A DNA stretch of 64,000 bases from Amoebophrya sp. A120 (Eukaryota > Protista > Dinoflagellata). Location: contig CAJINV010000006.1 of the NCBI GenBank assembly GCA_905178155.1, positions 2,520,658 through 2,584,657 on the forward strand, given 5' to 3'. This document shows positions 1-12,647 of the stretch, in pieces (position 1 is the stretch's first letter; each line of letters starts with the position of its first letter). The notes under the pieces were generated by a model, which ran no database searches, was not told the origin of the DNA, and saw only the letters and a program-made list of their open reading frames with translations. Made by a program: the position numbers and the translations under genes.

Positions 1-969
1 TTGCACCATGTAGCCCCGTAAACTTCTCTGCACCAACCTTTCAAATTCTACCGGGTTCTCCCGAAATATTCTGCTCGCCTCCTGGTTCAGCGGGTCGTTC
101 CCGTTTGGCTCGGCGAAAAGGTGCAGGATACCTTGTTTTTACGAGTTGATATTATCTTGACGTCGTGCGATTGCGAATCGAAATTTGCATGAATGGGTAA
201 AATGGTTATGGTATTCGTAATCGTATTCCCTGCTGGATAAACAAATGCTTCCTACTCTGCAACTAGTAAGCAGTATTCGCATCACAAATTACAGTAAAGT
301 ATAGTACCGTATATCACCGCCGATATTGACAAAACGGGTTTCCATTCCTCCCGCAAAATATTCAGGCACACGTTGCCCTCCAGATCTATATTTGGGTGGA
401 AGATCTTCGTGTCACACTTCACTTTTGGCGCTTCGTGGGGGTACCTGAGGTTTCGGATAGTGCAGATGTTAGAAATTTCAATTTGTCATGCGTAGAAAAC
501 TGGACTAGATAGGGCCCTTGTCCTACTATTGCTTGATGTACAAATGGCCAGCAGAGCAGCGAAGTCGAACTAACAAACTGAAGGTGAAGCTGGGTCTCTA
601 CTCGAAATAAATAAACACTTCTTCACATCAACATTTCTCAAAACAAAGGTATAGATACAGTGGAGGTATTGTGAACAAAAACCGGAAACAAGCTTGCTTC
701 CACATGCCCTCCTCTGGTTTTACATCGAGCGCAAAGTGCATGATGTTGTTCTTGTTCAAGAAGTTCAGCTGACACTGCGGCGGCACATCCAGCTCATCCA
801 GCTCCTTCTGCATCCTTATTTCCCCGGGTTGTTTGTCCCCAAAAGACTGGGAAGCAGATCCTGCTGCAGGGTTGCTTGTGGCCGATTGCTCATTCCCGGA
901 CTCCTGATTATTGGACTGCTGGTCTTGCTTCTTTTTGGCCCCGCGGCCCACGCCGAAGACCTTGATCAT
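1..969 (-). CDS. UBC12: NEDD8-conjugating enzyme Ubc12/UBE2M-like (3' end runs off window)
   Basis: Exons 969-659, 444-308, 131-<1 joined by canonical GT-AG introns (445-658, 132-307) give MIKVF...[13 protein letters not shown]...[64 protein letters not shown], the E2 core with the Ubc12-type [21 protein letters not shown] signature. Confidence 0.92.
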
Positions 970-1974
970 TTTCTGATGTAGTTGTTCCGGACGACGAGCA
1001 ACTACTTCTAGCAGGTTTATTGCTTCTACACTGGTCGTTCTCGGGTGAAAAAGTCCAGTTTATTCCTCCGTCTATTTGTTCCGACGGCTGGTGTCCGTGT
1101 TCAATAGAGCGGGCGGATTGAAGTTTCTAAACTGGTATGTGTATGTGCGCCGTCGTGGTCAGAACCAATCCTCTCGTGTAGAAGTTCCAGCTTCAAGTAG
1201 TAGGAGGTGGATAGATCAGCATCCTTGCAATGTCCCTCGCGGCGACATGGTTTGGAGGACCATCCTTGAATTTCTTTTCAACTGCTGAAAAATCGATTTG
1301 ATGCAACACGCGTGTGGTCGGTGTGAGCGTCAGAATTAGAATACTTATTATGCAGCTTGTAGTGCTGCAACGACAAAACGTAGAACTTAAATGCTCCGCA
1401 AAATCTATTTTCTCACTGTATGAAGATCATGCGAACACTACGAATCAGTAAAGTATATTTCAAAACAGGTACTATAGTCTTTGTACCGTCGGAAATAATT
1501 ACAGTCTTGTAGAGTCTTTTTCTCTCTGGAAAGGGATTTTCGACGTTTGCTTTCAACTAAAGACCCCACCTTGCCCCGCCTACAGATTTCGTCAGAAAGA
1601 GCAAGGGCGGAGTGGTACTACCTGATCGCTTTGCAGAGCTTCTCCTTGCGGCTTTGCTTTTCGAGAACACTGGAGGAGGAGGGTCGTGGCGTTTGCATTC
1701 CACAATTGAAATACTTAAGTAAAACAAGCTTCTGCTACATACAATTCAGCAACAAGTTTTGCGACGACCTTCGGTAAATTTCACTTGTTCTCTTCGTTCA
1801 GTGCAGCAAGATCCCCTGTGTACAACTTAGAGTCTTCGCGATGAAGATGATTTTTGCATTCGACAGGTCTTCTGGTTCAGTATGTGCTGTTGTTGAGAGG
1901 TGGAGCACAGAAGTTCAGCACCTGAGAAGATCCATGTCCATCCTCAAAACAACACCCAAAATAAAAAATCACTA

Positions 1975-4851
1975 TCACCTCGTGTTCCGTGTCGCCCACG
2001 TGACTTCCACGTGCTTTTCCCAGAATTCCGCCCCGTTCAACGCCTCAATGCCCGCCCACGCGGCGTCCTCCGTTTCGAAGAAAAGAAACCCGATGCCCTT
2101 GCTGTAGCCGTCGCTGTCTTTGCACAGTTTGATCCTGCGGACGGAATTGGTGTCTTGGGGTTCCGGATGACATATACCAGCTTCCACAGTTCCCGCTGGA
2201 GGTTCAAACCGCATTTCGTTTTCCTTGAGCCAATTCTGCACATCGGACTCCTTTGCTTCTAACGGCAGGAATTTCAGGAACAACTGCTGGTAGTAAACCT
2301 TCTTCTTCGACCCATTTGGAAGCAACGGATCCGCGTTACTGTAGTCCGGCTTCGCTTTTTCCCTGCAGAAAGCGATTCGGATCAGCCGGTTTTTCAGCAT
2401 CACCGGCTCGTTTGCCAGATTATTTGCGTATTTTTGGATTTTTTCCGCGATACTCCTATCTTCTTCCTGAAACTGCGCGATCGCCTTGCCGAGAAACTTC
2501 GACCGCTCTTTCTCGACCAAAAGCTCAATTTTGCAATGGAGATTTTGATTTTCTTCCATAATTTTTGGTTCGATCGCTGCTAGAAGCGTTCTCACATCCT
2601 TCTCCGTGCAGTCAAAAGGAAGGCCGGAGAGAAACAACTTCGTTTTGTCCTCGACTTCAGTTCCTGCGCTTGATCCGTTGTCATAAGCGCCATGGGTAGA
2701 GGAAGTTGCGTCGGCATTACTACTAGTACCCCACGAGCTACTAGTGCCCTGTTTCCCCTTCCCCTTCGCCGTTTTTTCCTTCATCAAATCTTCCCTGTCT
2801 TTGGACAAACACACCCGCAAACTCCTCGTGTTCCACTTCGCATTGTCGAAGAGCTCTACTGCTTGACTCGCGTACTCTTTTTTGCTGTAGGTGACAAACC
2901 CCATCCCCGCTTTCTTGTACAGCTTCACGCGTTCGATGATGTTCTCTGTAGAAGTTGTATCAGCATCTGCACTTGACGTGCTGTCGGCTTGCTTTGCAAC
3001 AAGGCCATGTTGAAAAAACTCCGACACATCTTCCTCCGTCGCTTCGTACGGGAGAAACCGCACAAACAACTCGCGTATGGAATGCAAAAATGTCTGGGTC
3101 TAGAAAGTTGCAACTTGTCATGCAGATTTTACATGGCCCGTGACGTCTGTGATGTATTTTCTAGCATCACAGATTTTCTGAGAGCTTCTTGATGCCTATT
3201 CCGCATGACAAATGCCATCCCTGCGCGGAACAAACTGGACTCCTCTGCTTGCTGGTCATGCAATACAGATTTTTTTAGAGTCCAAGGTTAGCATCACAAG
3301 TTCCAACTTTCCAGAACCAGACATATTTACAATCCATATCGCGCTCGCCCTTGTCAGACAACACAGCGCCTTTCCCGTCCTTGCCTTTCCCTTTCATCGC
3401 GTTTTTCCCACCTTGCTTCCCAGCCAACTGTTCTTTCGCCATTTTCGGGTCCGTGGCGTGCCAGGTGACCTCGTTGGTCTCCGTGTTGATATATCCTGTG
3501 CAAAAGTCTCATACTCGTACAAATGCAAGTCTTGCATTACAAATCTTGTTTCCAAGGGAAGTCTGCGTTACAAATTCTATTTCTCATGCTGAGGAAATTT
3601 GTAATGCATTTATACGAGTACGATACTTTTGCACAGGATATGATAAAAGAACAGTTGATAAACCTGCTCCCGATGGACTTGTTCTCTACCAAGTCGCTGA
3701 TATTCTTCTGGATAATTTTGATCACATCAGCAGCAGCGCCTGCTTTCTCATTCGGAAGGAAGTTGTAAACCCAAGCTTCCCCCTTTATCAAGTGCAAAAA
3801 TGTCTGGGTCTGGAAGATTCCGAGACTTGTCATGCAAATTTTATTTTTTTTTTGAGTTTTGCATGAGCCATCATGATGTCTGTGATGCATGCCCTAGCAT
3901 CACAGAGATGATGCCTATTCCGCATGACAAATAATACCCTCTTCCCGTAGCAAAACTTACACTCCCCTTGCTGCTCATGCAATACAGATTTTTTTGGAAT
4001 CCATATGTAGCATCACAAGTTGCGTTCTTCCAGACCCAGACATATTTGCGCTCGATACCCTTACACGGCTGACAATCGGTTTCCGCTAGCTCCCACTTCC
4101 GGATCGTGCCCACCCACACGTCTTGTTCTTTCGGCATAGAAGTCTTGAGCAGATGAGCTTGTGTATCTTCATCTCCATCTTTAATATTGCCAACCTTGTC
4201 GTAGTAGTTTTCTTGCAGAAACTCCAGCACGTCTTTCGCTTCCGCGGTAAATGGGATTCCGAAGAGGCGAAGCGCGATCTTCCCCGCCGTGCTGTTCTTG
4301 TCCTCGCCAGTTGTCATGTTAGGGGACGCATCGTCCGTCGAGCAACTCGCCGCAGGAGAGGCGTTGGTCGTTGTGTAGCCCGCGTTCGTGTGGTTTATTG
4401 AGGATGACTTGTCAAGCTTTCGTTTCTTCGGCTGTGGCTCTGCTAAGCTTCCTGTTTGGTCAACTTCTTGTTCCTCCGCTTTCTGGTCTTGAAGTGGTAC
4501 ACCATCACCATCCTCCTCTAACAAAGAGACCTCGATAAATCTGTCTTGCATGTGCTTCTTGTGGAGAGCCTCGACCAACGATTGTTTATCTGTAGTTGTT
4601 TTCATCCTCCCTTCTTCCGCATTAACAGAAACTTTCACCCAGGCTTCGCCTCGTTTCGGCTGGTTTTTCTTCGGCTTTTTCGCGCCGATCTGGACGGTTT
4701 GGATAGTAATCGTGGTCACATTTGATGTCGTACTTTTGCTGTTTTCCACCACAAACGCCCTGCAATCCTCCTCCGTCGCCTTGAAGGGAAGGCCGAACAG
4801 ACGGAGCGTGAAGGACGAGGTGATATTTTCATCTCCGCAAGCGTTCGTCAT
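1975..4851 (-). CDS. Multi-RRM RNA-binding protein, 4 exons
   Basis: Repeated RNP2/RNP1-like motifs (LRLFGLPF, LFVRFLPY, GMGFVTY, LFLSGLPF, LFLKFLP, SKGIGFLFF). Frame is continuous after removing elements 3786-4057, 3492-3640, 3076-3338 plus one 5-nt DR each (CKG|EAWV, SFI|NTE, GER|ELFV). Confidence 0.88.
3076..3338. mobile_element. Introner-like element, TIR family A
   Basis: TATGGAATGCAAAAATGTCTGGGTCT...CCAGACATATTTACAATCCATA; DR tcgcg both sides. Confidence 0.9.
3492..3640. mobile_element. Introner-like element, family C (~150 bp)
   Basis: TATCCTGTGCAAAAGT...ACTTTTGCACAGGATA; DR tgata. Confidence 0.9.
3786..4057. mobile_element. Introner-like element, family A
   Basis: Family A TIRs; DR ccctt. 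Confidence 0.9.
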
Positions 4852-5697
4852 TTTGTTTTTGGCGAGGTTCGTCTACAATTTCGTGGAGAGAGTAAAAAAC
4901 GTGGTGCAACTACTTATTGCAAAGGGTGCGAAGATGTATCACTATCGCTGAGAGTCTCGCTCTATCGATGCCTCGATTCACAGTGGCAATCACAATGACA
5001 ATGGCAACTTCCTCTATAAATTTTTCATTCCTGGTCTGAAGGGATGGTCTGATGTTGCTCTAATGAGGTTGGGAATGCGGTCGAGGACAATGACAAAGCT
5101 ATATAGAAGATCATCTTCTTTCCATTCACAGCTAGTATGTATGAAGATCTTCTTCTGTCGGATCTGCAGTCGTGTGAACCACCAAGATCTGATTTTTTGC
5201 GATGGTAGGAAACGAGCCAGAACATTCAAGATCGAGTTAGTACACGAGGAGTTCATCCTGCTTCAATTTTAGAAGTACGGATCCGTTTTTCATCGCAGCT
5301 TTCGAAGCATTTATCAAAACGTGAACAAGGTGAAGGTCTTGTGAGGATGAAGGGATCCTTTTTTGCTGGTGTCTTTTTCCGTACGTTTCTACAACTGAGG
5401 GAACGAGCATCGTGATCTCGGTTTTGATCATGGGTACTGAATCTTGAAAGACGCTTCTCTTCACCACAGATCGTCCCCGGGAAGAACAACCACAAATTCA
5501 AAATGTTGTTCCCGGTAATCGATTACGACAGCCGAAGCTGCTTTTCCAATGTGTTTGTTATTGTTTCTTTCTTGAAAAATCTCCAAAACAAAATCCAACT
5601 AGAATCTTTCAAGGTCGGACTCGGTTCCGGAGGTGGGGGTGGTGGATCTCGAAAATAAATGCATGAAACTGGTGCACTACTACAGCTGCGATCTTCA

Positions 5698-6967
5698 TCA
5701 CAAGTAATCCTGTGACCGCTCATCTACCGAGCTCTCTTCTGCTTCGACCTCGACTCCCGCGCTTGTTCCCTGTGTTGCTGCTTCACCACTCGTCTCCGAG
5801 GTCCTCGTGACTGATTTTCCTTCTGTGGTGGTAGTCTTCGCTTTACTATTTCTCACCGTATCGCCCTGGTCCGCCTGCAGCTCGCGTCTGTGGCCCACGT
5901 GCCCGACAATGCTGTCGTCGACGTCTTCGGTGAATTCGCCTTCCATCTTGTGACATCCTGTGCAAAAGTATCGCAGACTCGTAGTAATTGCAATCATGCA
6001 TCACAAATCTCCATCCCAGGGTAAACCAGCATTACAAATTCCATTTGTCAAGGCTAAGATAATTTGTATATGCAATTACTCCGTGGTACGATGCTTTTGC
6101 AATTTTTCATATGTGAAAATCGCAGCGCTTGTCCGTAATGCGCCAAACCCAGTGGAAACAAAAACTGTCTGCGGCGCTGTAGTTTTTGTTCGAGAATGGA
6201 CATGCGTACTAGTATAGCCATTTGAGAACTCAATTCACTGGTGGCAGTACCACCAGACAGTAGAAACAAATCTGAGCAGGAAGAAGAAGATGCCACAAAA
6301 ACAATTCCGTTTTATTCCTGAAAAAACAAGAACATATCAAAATCTAATATCCTTTACCACGCCTGCCTGCACGTCTCGATGTCTGGTATGTTCGGGATCT
6401 CCGTTTTGTAGTCTCCGTACAGCCAAGCGCCCCGTTGAAACGGAACTACTCCGGTGGCGTTGGTCCCGTTAATCCACTATCAGACGAAAATATGTCTGGT
6501 GATCTGGATGATAATTGCAGGAGTTTGTCATGCAGATTTTGGATAATGCACCGCGCTCGCGCAGTCCCCTGGAATGCAGGGCACAGCGTCACAGGTTTTG
6601 TAGTACTATAGTGTTATCTTCCCGCACGAGAGATAAATAATGTTTCAGCATGGTGCCCGAAACTGGCAGGCAAGGCGTGCACCTACCCGCGCAAGATGAA
6701 AAGTAGTTTCCGTGGGATCTACAGGACGGCGCATCTTCACAAGTTGCAAAAATGTTCCAGACCCAGATCGATATTTCCACCGCGTATCCACTCCTCCGTC
6801 GCCAGTTTCAAGCCCGAAAACTCCCGGAGGTCCTGTGGAACCGGGGCCAAACCGTCGGCCACAGACGCGGACACGAGAGTCGTGGGGACGAGGCCACAAG
6901 TTGCGGCAAAGGAAAAAAGAGCTGCCGTGGTGAGCAAGCCGCCGGTTGGGTGTTTCCCCGTCCTCAT
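5698..6967 (-). CDS. Secreted PAN/apple-like domain protein (paralog 1)
   Basis: Hydrophobic N-terminus (LLTTAALFSFAATCGLV). Spliced core RGAWLYGD...ETCRQACAADSFCFHWVWRITDKRCDFHK...DVDDSIVGH (CxxxC...CxxW...C apple spacing). Two elements plus canonical intron 6177-6357. Confidence 0.75.
5954..6111. mobile_element. Introner-like element, family C (left end CAT instead of TAT)
   Basis: Family C TIRs; DR tgtga. Confidence 0.85.
6478..6786. mobile_element. Degenerate introner-like element, family A
   Basis: Eroded TGTCTGG / CCAGACCCAGA ends; DR tccac; removal gives EEW|INGT. Confidence 0.8.
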
Positions 6968-9814
6968 CCTTGTTGCGCCGGCTCCTGTGGGAGATAAATC
7001 AGTGCAGGCCTTTGGTGCAGCGCGATGAGTTCTTTTCGGTTGAGTTGAAGACGAGGACGGGTGGCGGGAGGTGGTGAGCAGGGAGTCCTCTTCGGTCGTG
7101 TGAAAGTCGGCCTTCAATTGCAACGTCGGAGATGACACCATGTCTTTGAAGAGAGTAGTTGGAAGTCGTATCCTAATAAATGATCTCAATCTACTCACAA
7201 CTTTACATGAATGGTGTGCATCAAAATGTCCACAGAAGACGAGGTCGACCGGAGGCTTGGTGCTCTTGAAAGGATATAGAAAATACACAGATAGAACAAT
7301 GCAGCAGGTTGATGCAAGAGCTCCTGTAGTTTATCTGATGCTCTACTTTGTATCTACTGGGACACAACAACCCGGGGATCTGGATCTGTGGAAAAAAATG
7401 AAACAGCAACATAGTCTGTGCAGCAAATTGACCAAGATAGAACAAGATCGCGCTGGCACAATGAAGAAATGTCGGGCTCCACCAAAAGAAACTGCTCGAA
7501 GATGCGACCGCCTCTGCTGAACACCTAAAGACCCTAGCGCCAAGGCTAGGTAGCTCAACCAGCTGTAAGTAGCACGAGAAGCGTGGCCCGCCGCCGACCG
7601 CTCTGTTGGCATAGATAGTAGTGTCACAGCGAGGCCTCCGCAGGAAGGAAGGTAGCTTAGTAATGGCACAGCTGGCCCGCTCGGCGGACGGTGCCGCAGT
7701 AATGCTGCAGCGCAGGCAGCTCCTGCCCGCGCGCCAACATACAAATCCCGCCGAAGCCAGCCACCAAATAGCCCCCAGGGGGGAGGGACAGGCGCGGCGC
7801 GGTCGGAAAGCGCCGCCGCACGGCTCTGCTGGGGCACTGCGAAGGGCGGGAAAGAGGTCCGCCGGCCGCGAAGGAAAAGCCGCCGGCCCGGCTGCCTTCG
7901 GCAAGGCCAGAAGCGCGGCGGCGCGAACATACGCTGGGCCGGCGCGCGCGGCAAAGGAAGAAAAAGCGAAACAGGCGCCGCCCGCCCCGCCACAGACGGG
8001 GCAGGCGGGGCGCATTCGGTAGGCCCCGCGCTGCCGGCAATCGGTCGCCGTTGGTGCGCGCGCCCTCCCGAAAAAATTCCGAGCGCCCTTAGCACAAGCA
8101 CGCCCGCTCCGCAAATTATACTGCAGCGATCATGCACGACCGGCCCGGACCCTCCGGCGAGGCGCGCGCGGCGCCCCCCGGGTCTGTTGCGGCGGCGTCC
8201 GTACTTCGACTGCCTGCTACCCCCCGCCGGGAGGCCTATCAACCGAGGAGCCGGCACGCGCCGCGCCGCCGAAAAGCGCCCGCCGCCATGGCACCGGGGC
8301 CGCCAATGATTGGAGCTGCCACACCACCGGCGGCGCGCGCCCATTGATTCTGCCGCCATTTTTTTTGCCTGTGGCGCACGATAAAAAAATCCTAGACGAA
8401 CTAGAAATCTCAAAAACATAGATTTGAGCTAAGATAGAATTGAAGGCCGGCTGCAAGAGTTCTCTCGTCTCCCCCACACTTCTTTTTTGTACGCACTTCG
8501 TCGTCGGTCTTGCGATACAGAGGTTATCGCTCCTAGACTCAAAATTACGGACACACCCTACACCACCAAATTCGCACGCTTTTGATAAGACAAACATGCT
8601 CGGCAGCCTCTCTGGAAGAGCAACACCTCTCTGGAGAAGCTTGATCGGGTTTCTGTTATCGAAATTGCGCCGGCTCATTTACTAGGTCACTACCGACAGG
8701 GGCCGACACGGCGACAACAAGTGAAGAGCCACAACTTTGGCTAGCTCCGGCCGGATGCTTGCCAATCATCAGTCGTGGCAATCTACGCCCAATCGCCAGC
8801 CACTCATTCTGCTAGCTTTGAATGGACGAGTGTCAATCGCGAACTACCGATACGCACGACAGCCGGCAAAGGGAAGGCAGGATACAATCGGCCGAGCATT
8901 CACTTGGGCCAGCCACTGGCAACGGGTCCTGTCGCCCCTGCCAGTTCCCTGCCACAATGGGCGACTGGCACAACGCAAAGCCAGCGCCACACAGAGGAGC
9001 GTCCTTTGCTACTTCCAGATACTTAAATACAAGCAAACCACCCGCCGCGGCAGCCTGAGAGTAAGCGCAAAGCCGGCCACGTTGGAGACATCAATGCCAG
9101 CTGCAGGCCAAGGTGTTCAGCACGCAGTGACAGGGGCACGGCGAAACGCCTGGCCGCGCACAATCGAACCCGGGCCAGGGCGCCCAGTCAACGCAGCGCG
9201 CGGGGGGCAGCCGCCACGCGGCCGAAAAGCGCCACCGGGCGCACATTGCCCGGAGCCGCAAAGGGCCGCCGGGGGCTCTCCCACGAATGAAAACCGGCCC
9301 CCGGCCTCCACTGGGCGCAGACAGGGGGCGGCAGCAGCTCAGCCAATAGAGTAAGGCGGTGGGCGAAGCTCTCAACTGCTGCTGCATGAAGGACGTGTAC
9401 GGCGCCGATCGCGACGGCGCCCGCCGCAACGTGTGCGCCAACATTGCAGCGGCCCACCCCTTGGCATCTTCAAAGCCCACTCGTCCGAGAGGCTGGCAGC
9501 CCGAGGCGGAAGAGCTCGCCGCCCGAGGTGGAAACATCCACACAACCCCCGCGCGCTGTGGAAGTCTTGCGGAGGAGTACTGGCTCGCGCCGGACACAAG
9601 TGGCGGGCCATGGCAGACGGGCCCATGTCCATTCTTAATGTTACACACCAACTCACTCTCACTCCCAATGGTGCTGGTGAAGGAGGAAATTCATTTTCAT
9701 TTACTCAATGAAAGGTAGAAGTGCGCTCAGGAACCATTCCTGCGTCACTTTATGCCTCATCGTTGAAATCAAATAATGGCGGTGCAAACGTGACCATCAT
9801 CTGTAGCCTGAGAG

Positions 9815-10228
9815 CCATCTGCGTCGCCCCCTCAAATCCCTCTGCCCACGCGCTCGTTTTCTCTCAACCGGCTACGAAAACCAATAGCACTCAGCGGAAA
9901 TAAAAAAACTATGACTACTTCTACCGAACAAAATGTAAAACCTCGTGAGAGAACCGAAGTCGGGAGTTGTGCGTTGTATGATTTTGTTTCAAAACACCAC
10001 CGAACACAGGCAGGGCACGATTTGCGAAACCACAACTCTATTGCCTGCTAACCTTTCGCCTATCCTAGTAGCTAGAGGGCGGCAGCCACCGTGAACATAA
10101 AAGAACTGACACTCGTCATATCAACCACTTCCACTGCGGAGCGACGATTTCCTGTGCCTTACCTTTAAAACGGTCAGTCGATACTGCGCAGAAGGTCGGG
10201 TATCAAAACAGGCACAGCGCAGCTAGGT
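9815..10228. repeat. Block-conserved ~400-bp segment, copy 1
   Basis: Shares blocks CTCGTGAnAGAACCGAAGTCGG, TTTCAAAACnnCACCGAACA, TGAACATAAAAGAACT, GTCAGTCGAnACTGCGCnGAAGGTCGGnTATCAAAACAGGCA with 11165-11588. Confidence 0.85.
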
Positions 10229-11164
10229 GGGCGACGGGCACAACACCACTGGGCCGCGGGCTACTCTGCCACCGTGGGCGATGGGCACGACGGCAGCCCA
10301 GCGCCACATACGCTGCCGGCCCGCGCACCACGGGCAAGACGCTGCGGTAGAAATCGCGACAACATTAACAGGGGCGACGCGGGTGCGCCACACACTGCCC
10401 AGGGGGGCCCAAAGGGAGCTGGGGCCGCCTTCGGGGAGGGGGACCCGCAGGAACCTGGGGCGGCAATTGGGGCCAGTCGGCCGGCTGGCGTTCAGGCGGC
10501 GCAGCCACGCCACGGGCGGCGGGAAACCAAAGGGGGCGCGGGGCGCTCTGCTTGCGCTTGCTAGAGGATTAATACGACTGACATGACCGCTCGCCCCTGT
10601 AGCCAGCCCTCGCTCGATCGAATTCCGCTTTTTGAAACGAATTCCGCGCACCGCGCGCGCCGCCAATGCAAGGCGCCCTGCGATAATGGCAAGAGCCCCC
10701 GCGCTCCGAGAAACAAAAAGAACGGCGCCCACACAGGGCCCCTGGTAGCGGGGCCGGGGTTGGCCTACTTTCCCGCAGGCCCGGCAGCAGCGTTGATCGC
10801 CGTCCTCACCGCGGAACGCGCTAGCGCGCCACGTCCCTGCCGGCCCCAGTGTGAGGCGTGGCCCCATATTTTTTTATCATTTCGGAAGCCACGAATGTGT
10901 AACCACAGCTACATACTTGCTGCGCATCAAATCGCAAAATGAAAATAGTGCGACGTCGAGTTCTGTTTACTGAACAGAAAAAAAACGGTTTCATTTTGCT
11001 TGAAATGTCACCCAAACGTGAGTTCTGCTTTTCCTAATGCGAACAGAGTGAAGCAAGTGCGTCTTCTAGAATTCAAGCTTCTTTCGCTCCATGCCCATCC
11101 TTCATCTCGCATTCTTTCACAGTAATCGCACCGCGGCAATAAATATCGTCCATGGATAGTGGAA

Positions 11165-11588
11165 AATCTGCGCCGCTCAGTGAAATCCCTCTCCAGTCGC
11201 TCGCTTTCGCGCAGTAAGCCTCGGCCACTAATCACAATGTCAATCCCAATAAAAGTAAAACTCAGCTGGAAAGAATAAAAATCTAGACCACAACCGAACA
11301 GAACCTGAAAGCTCGTGACAGAACCGAAGTCGGCAGCTAGGCACTATAGTGGTTTTTCAAAACTTCACCGAACATAATCGCAAATTTGAGTCAGAGTCAG
11401 AGTCAAACACGACAACTCTGTAGTACTTCCTGCACGTAAGGCGCCGCAGCCGCTACCCTTGAACATAAAAGAACTCGCACGACTATCAACTGGTGGAATG
11501 ATGATGATTTCCGCTTCCCTACCGTTCACACAGTCAGTCGAAACTGCGCTGAAGGTCGGCTATCAAAACAGGCATAGCACAGCTATGG
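11165..11588. repeat. Block-conserved ~400-bp segment, copy 2
   Basis: Direct, diverged copy of 9815-10228 with variable-length spacers. Confidence 0.85.
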
Positions 11589-12647
11589 CACGAGAAATTG
11601 CAAATCTCCTCGGGGTGCCACTTCTCGACTGAGTGTAATTAGATCAACATGATTCGACTGTTATTCAAGGTTTTTAAAATTGTTTTATTCCCTCATTACT
11701 TGTAGTATTGACACACGTGTTGAAAATACGAGTTACTTTCCGTCGTGGTACGGGTTGGTTGCAAGAATAGAGGCTCGAAGAACTTATTGAGAAGGTTGGT
11801 ATTATATTTCATGTGCAGCTGCTGGGGTATCTATCAAACAATGCGCAAACGTACATACTTCAAAAGAAAAACATGCAAGGGGCTGAAACTGCTCCACAAA
11901 ATACTATGAATCTTCCGCGTTGTATTTTGAACAAGTTTCAGGAACAAGCTAAAGTGAAAGTGTCCAAGGGTGATATTAGATGCGCAACTCCTATCCTCCA
12001 TCCGAGACAGAAATCACCTCCTCCGAATCCCTCCTCCGAAGATAATTTCCCCTCTGCATCTGCTGCAGGAAAGCTGCAGCATTCAGTCTTCCATTGATTT
12101 GACAATTGTTCTATTCCGGATTAAAGACAGGTCGCGCTTCCAACATCGCAGCGATTTTTTCTTGAGGATGAGATGAAGCGAGTGGTTGTGGCTTGATGAT
12201 GACGTGCGTCATTCATCATATTCTCCGACAGCTTCATTTTCCACAACCAAGCTCTGTTCCAAACTACTCCGCTTGTGTCAACAAACCCTCATCGCCGATT
12301 GTTGCTTGTCATACTGTTACTTCGGCGAAAACAAGTACAGCATTCTGCTCACGCTAGTACAAAAAGAACTCCGAGTACTAGTCGCAATAAACTGTTGAAG
12401 ATTTTACTTCTGATTGAAAGGAAGTGGTCGTGTCGGTTTTTTTTCTCCTGGTTGCTGTTGTTGTACGAGAAGATGATGTAGTTCCTCACTGTAAGGCTGT
12501 ACGAAAAAAACAGGTTCATTTTACTCTCGTCAAAGCTCCTGTGACGAAAGCTGAGAAGAAGGTTTCATCTCCCCGCCGCTCCCGTCGCTTTGATTTCAAA
12601 AACTGCAGTTGATGATGTGCTGCTATGCGCTGCAAATAGCACTTTCC

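Larger units (their letters stand above)
7560..11590. pseudogene. GC-rich island 1: about three diverged tandem units, probably decayed genes or mobile elements
   Basis: Very GC-rich cores (46/60 G+C at 7861-7920). Units 1 and 2 align in one minus frame (PFAVPQQSRAAALSDRAAPVP vs PFAAPGNVRPVALFGRVAAAP). No introner elements. Confidence 0.5.

Noticed and set aside
6214-6232. TAGCCATTTG resembling part of the dinoflagellate spliced leader
   Set aside because: Short imperfect match, antisense to the gene and inside an intron
9359-9718. Plus-strand ORF with CCC...ADRDGARRNV resembling the TnpB/Fanzor C-terminal DRDxNAARNI motif, upstream of a conserved non-coding segment
   Set aside because: No RuvC-I/II or zinc-finger context, the motif is absent from the sister units, and inter-unit homology is in a minus-strand frame; likely chance in GC-rich DNA
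11290-11580. TGA aligned to TGG and TAG aligned to CAA between the repeat copies, hinting at stop-codon reassignment
   Set aside because: Only two cases, separated by a frameshift; the intact genes have long stop-free exons and end in TAA/TAG/TGA as in the standard code
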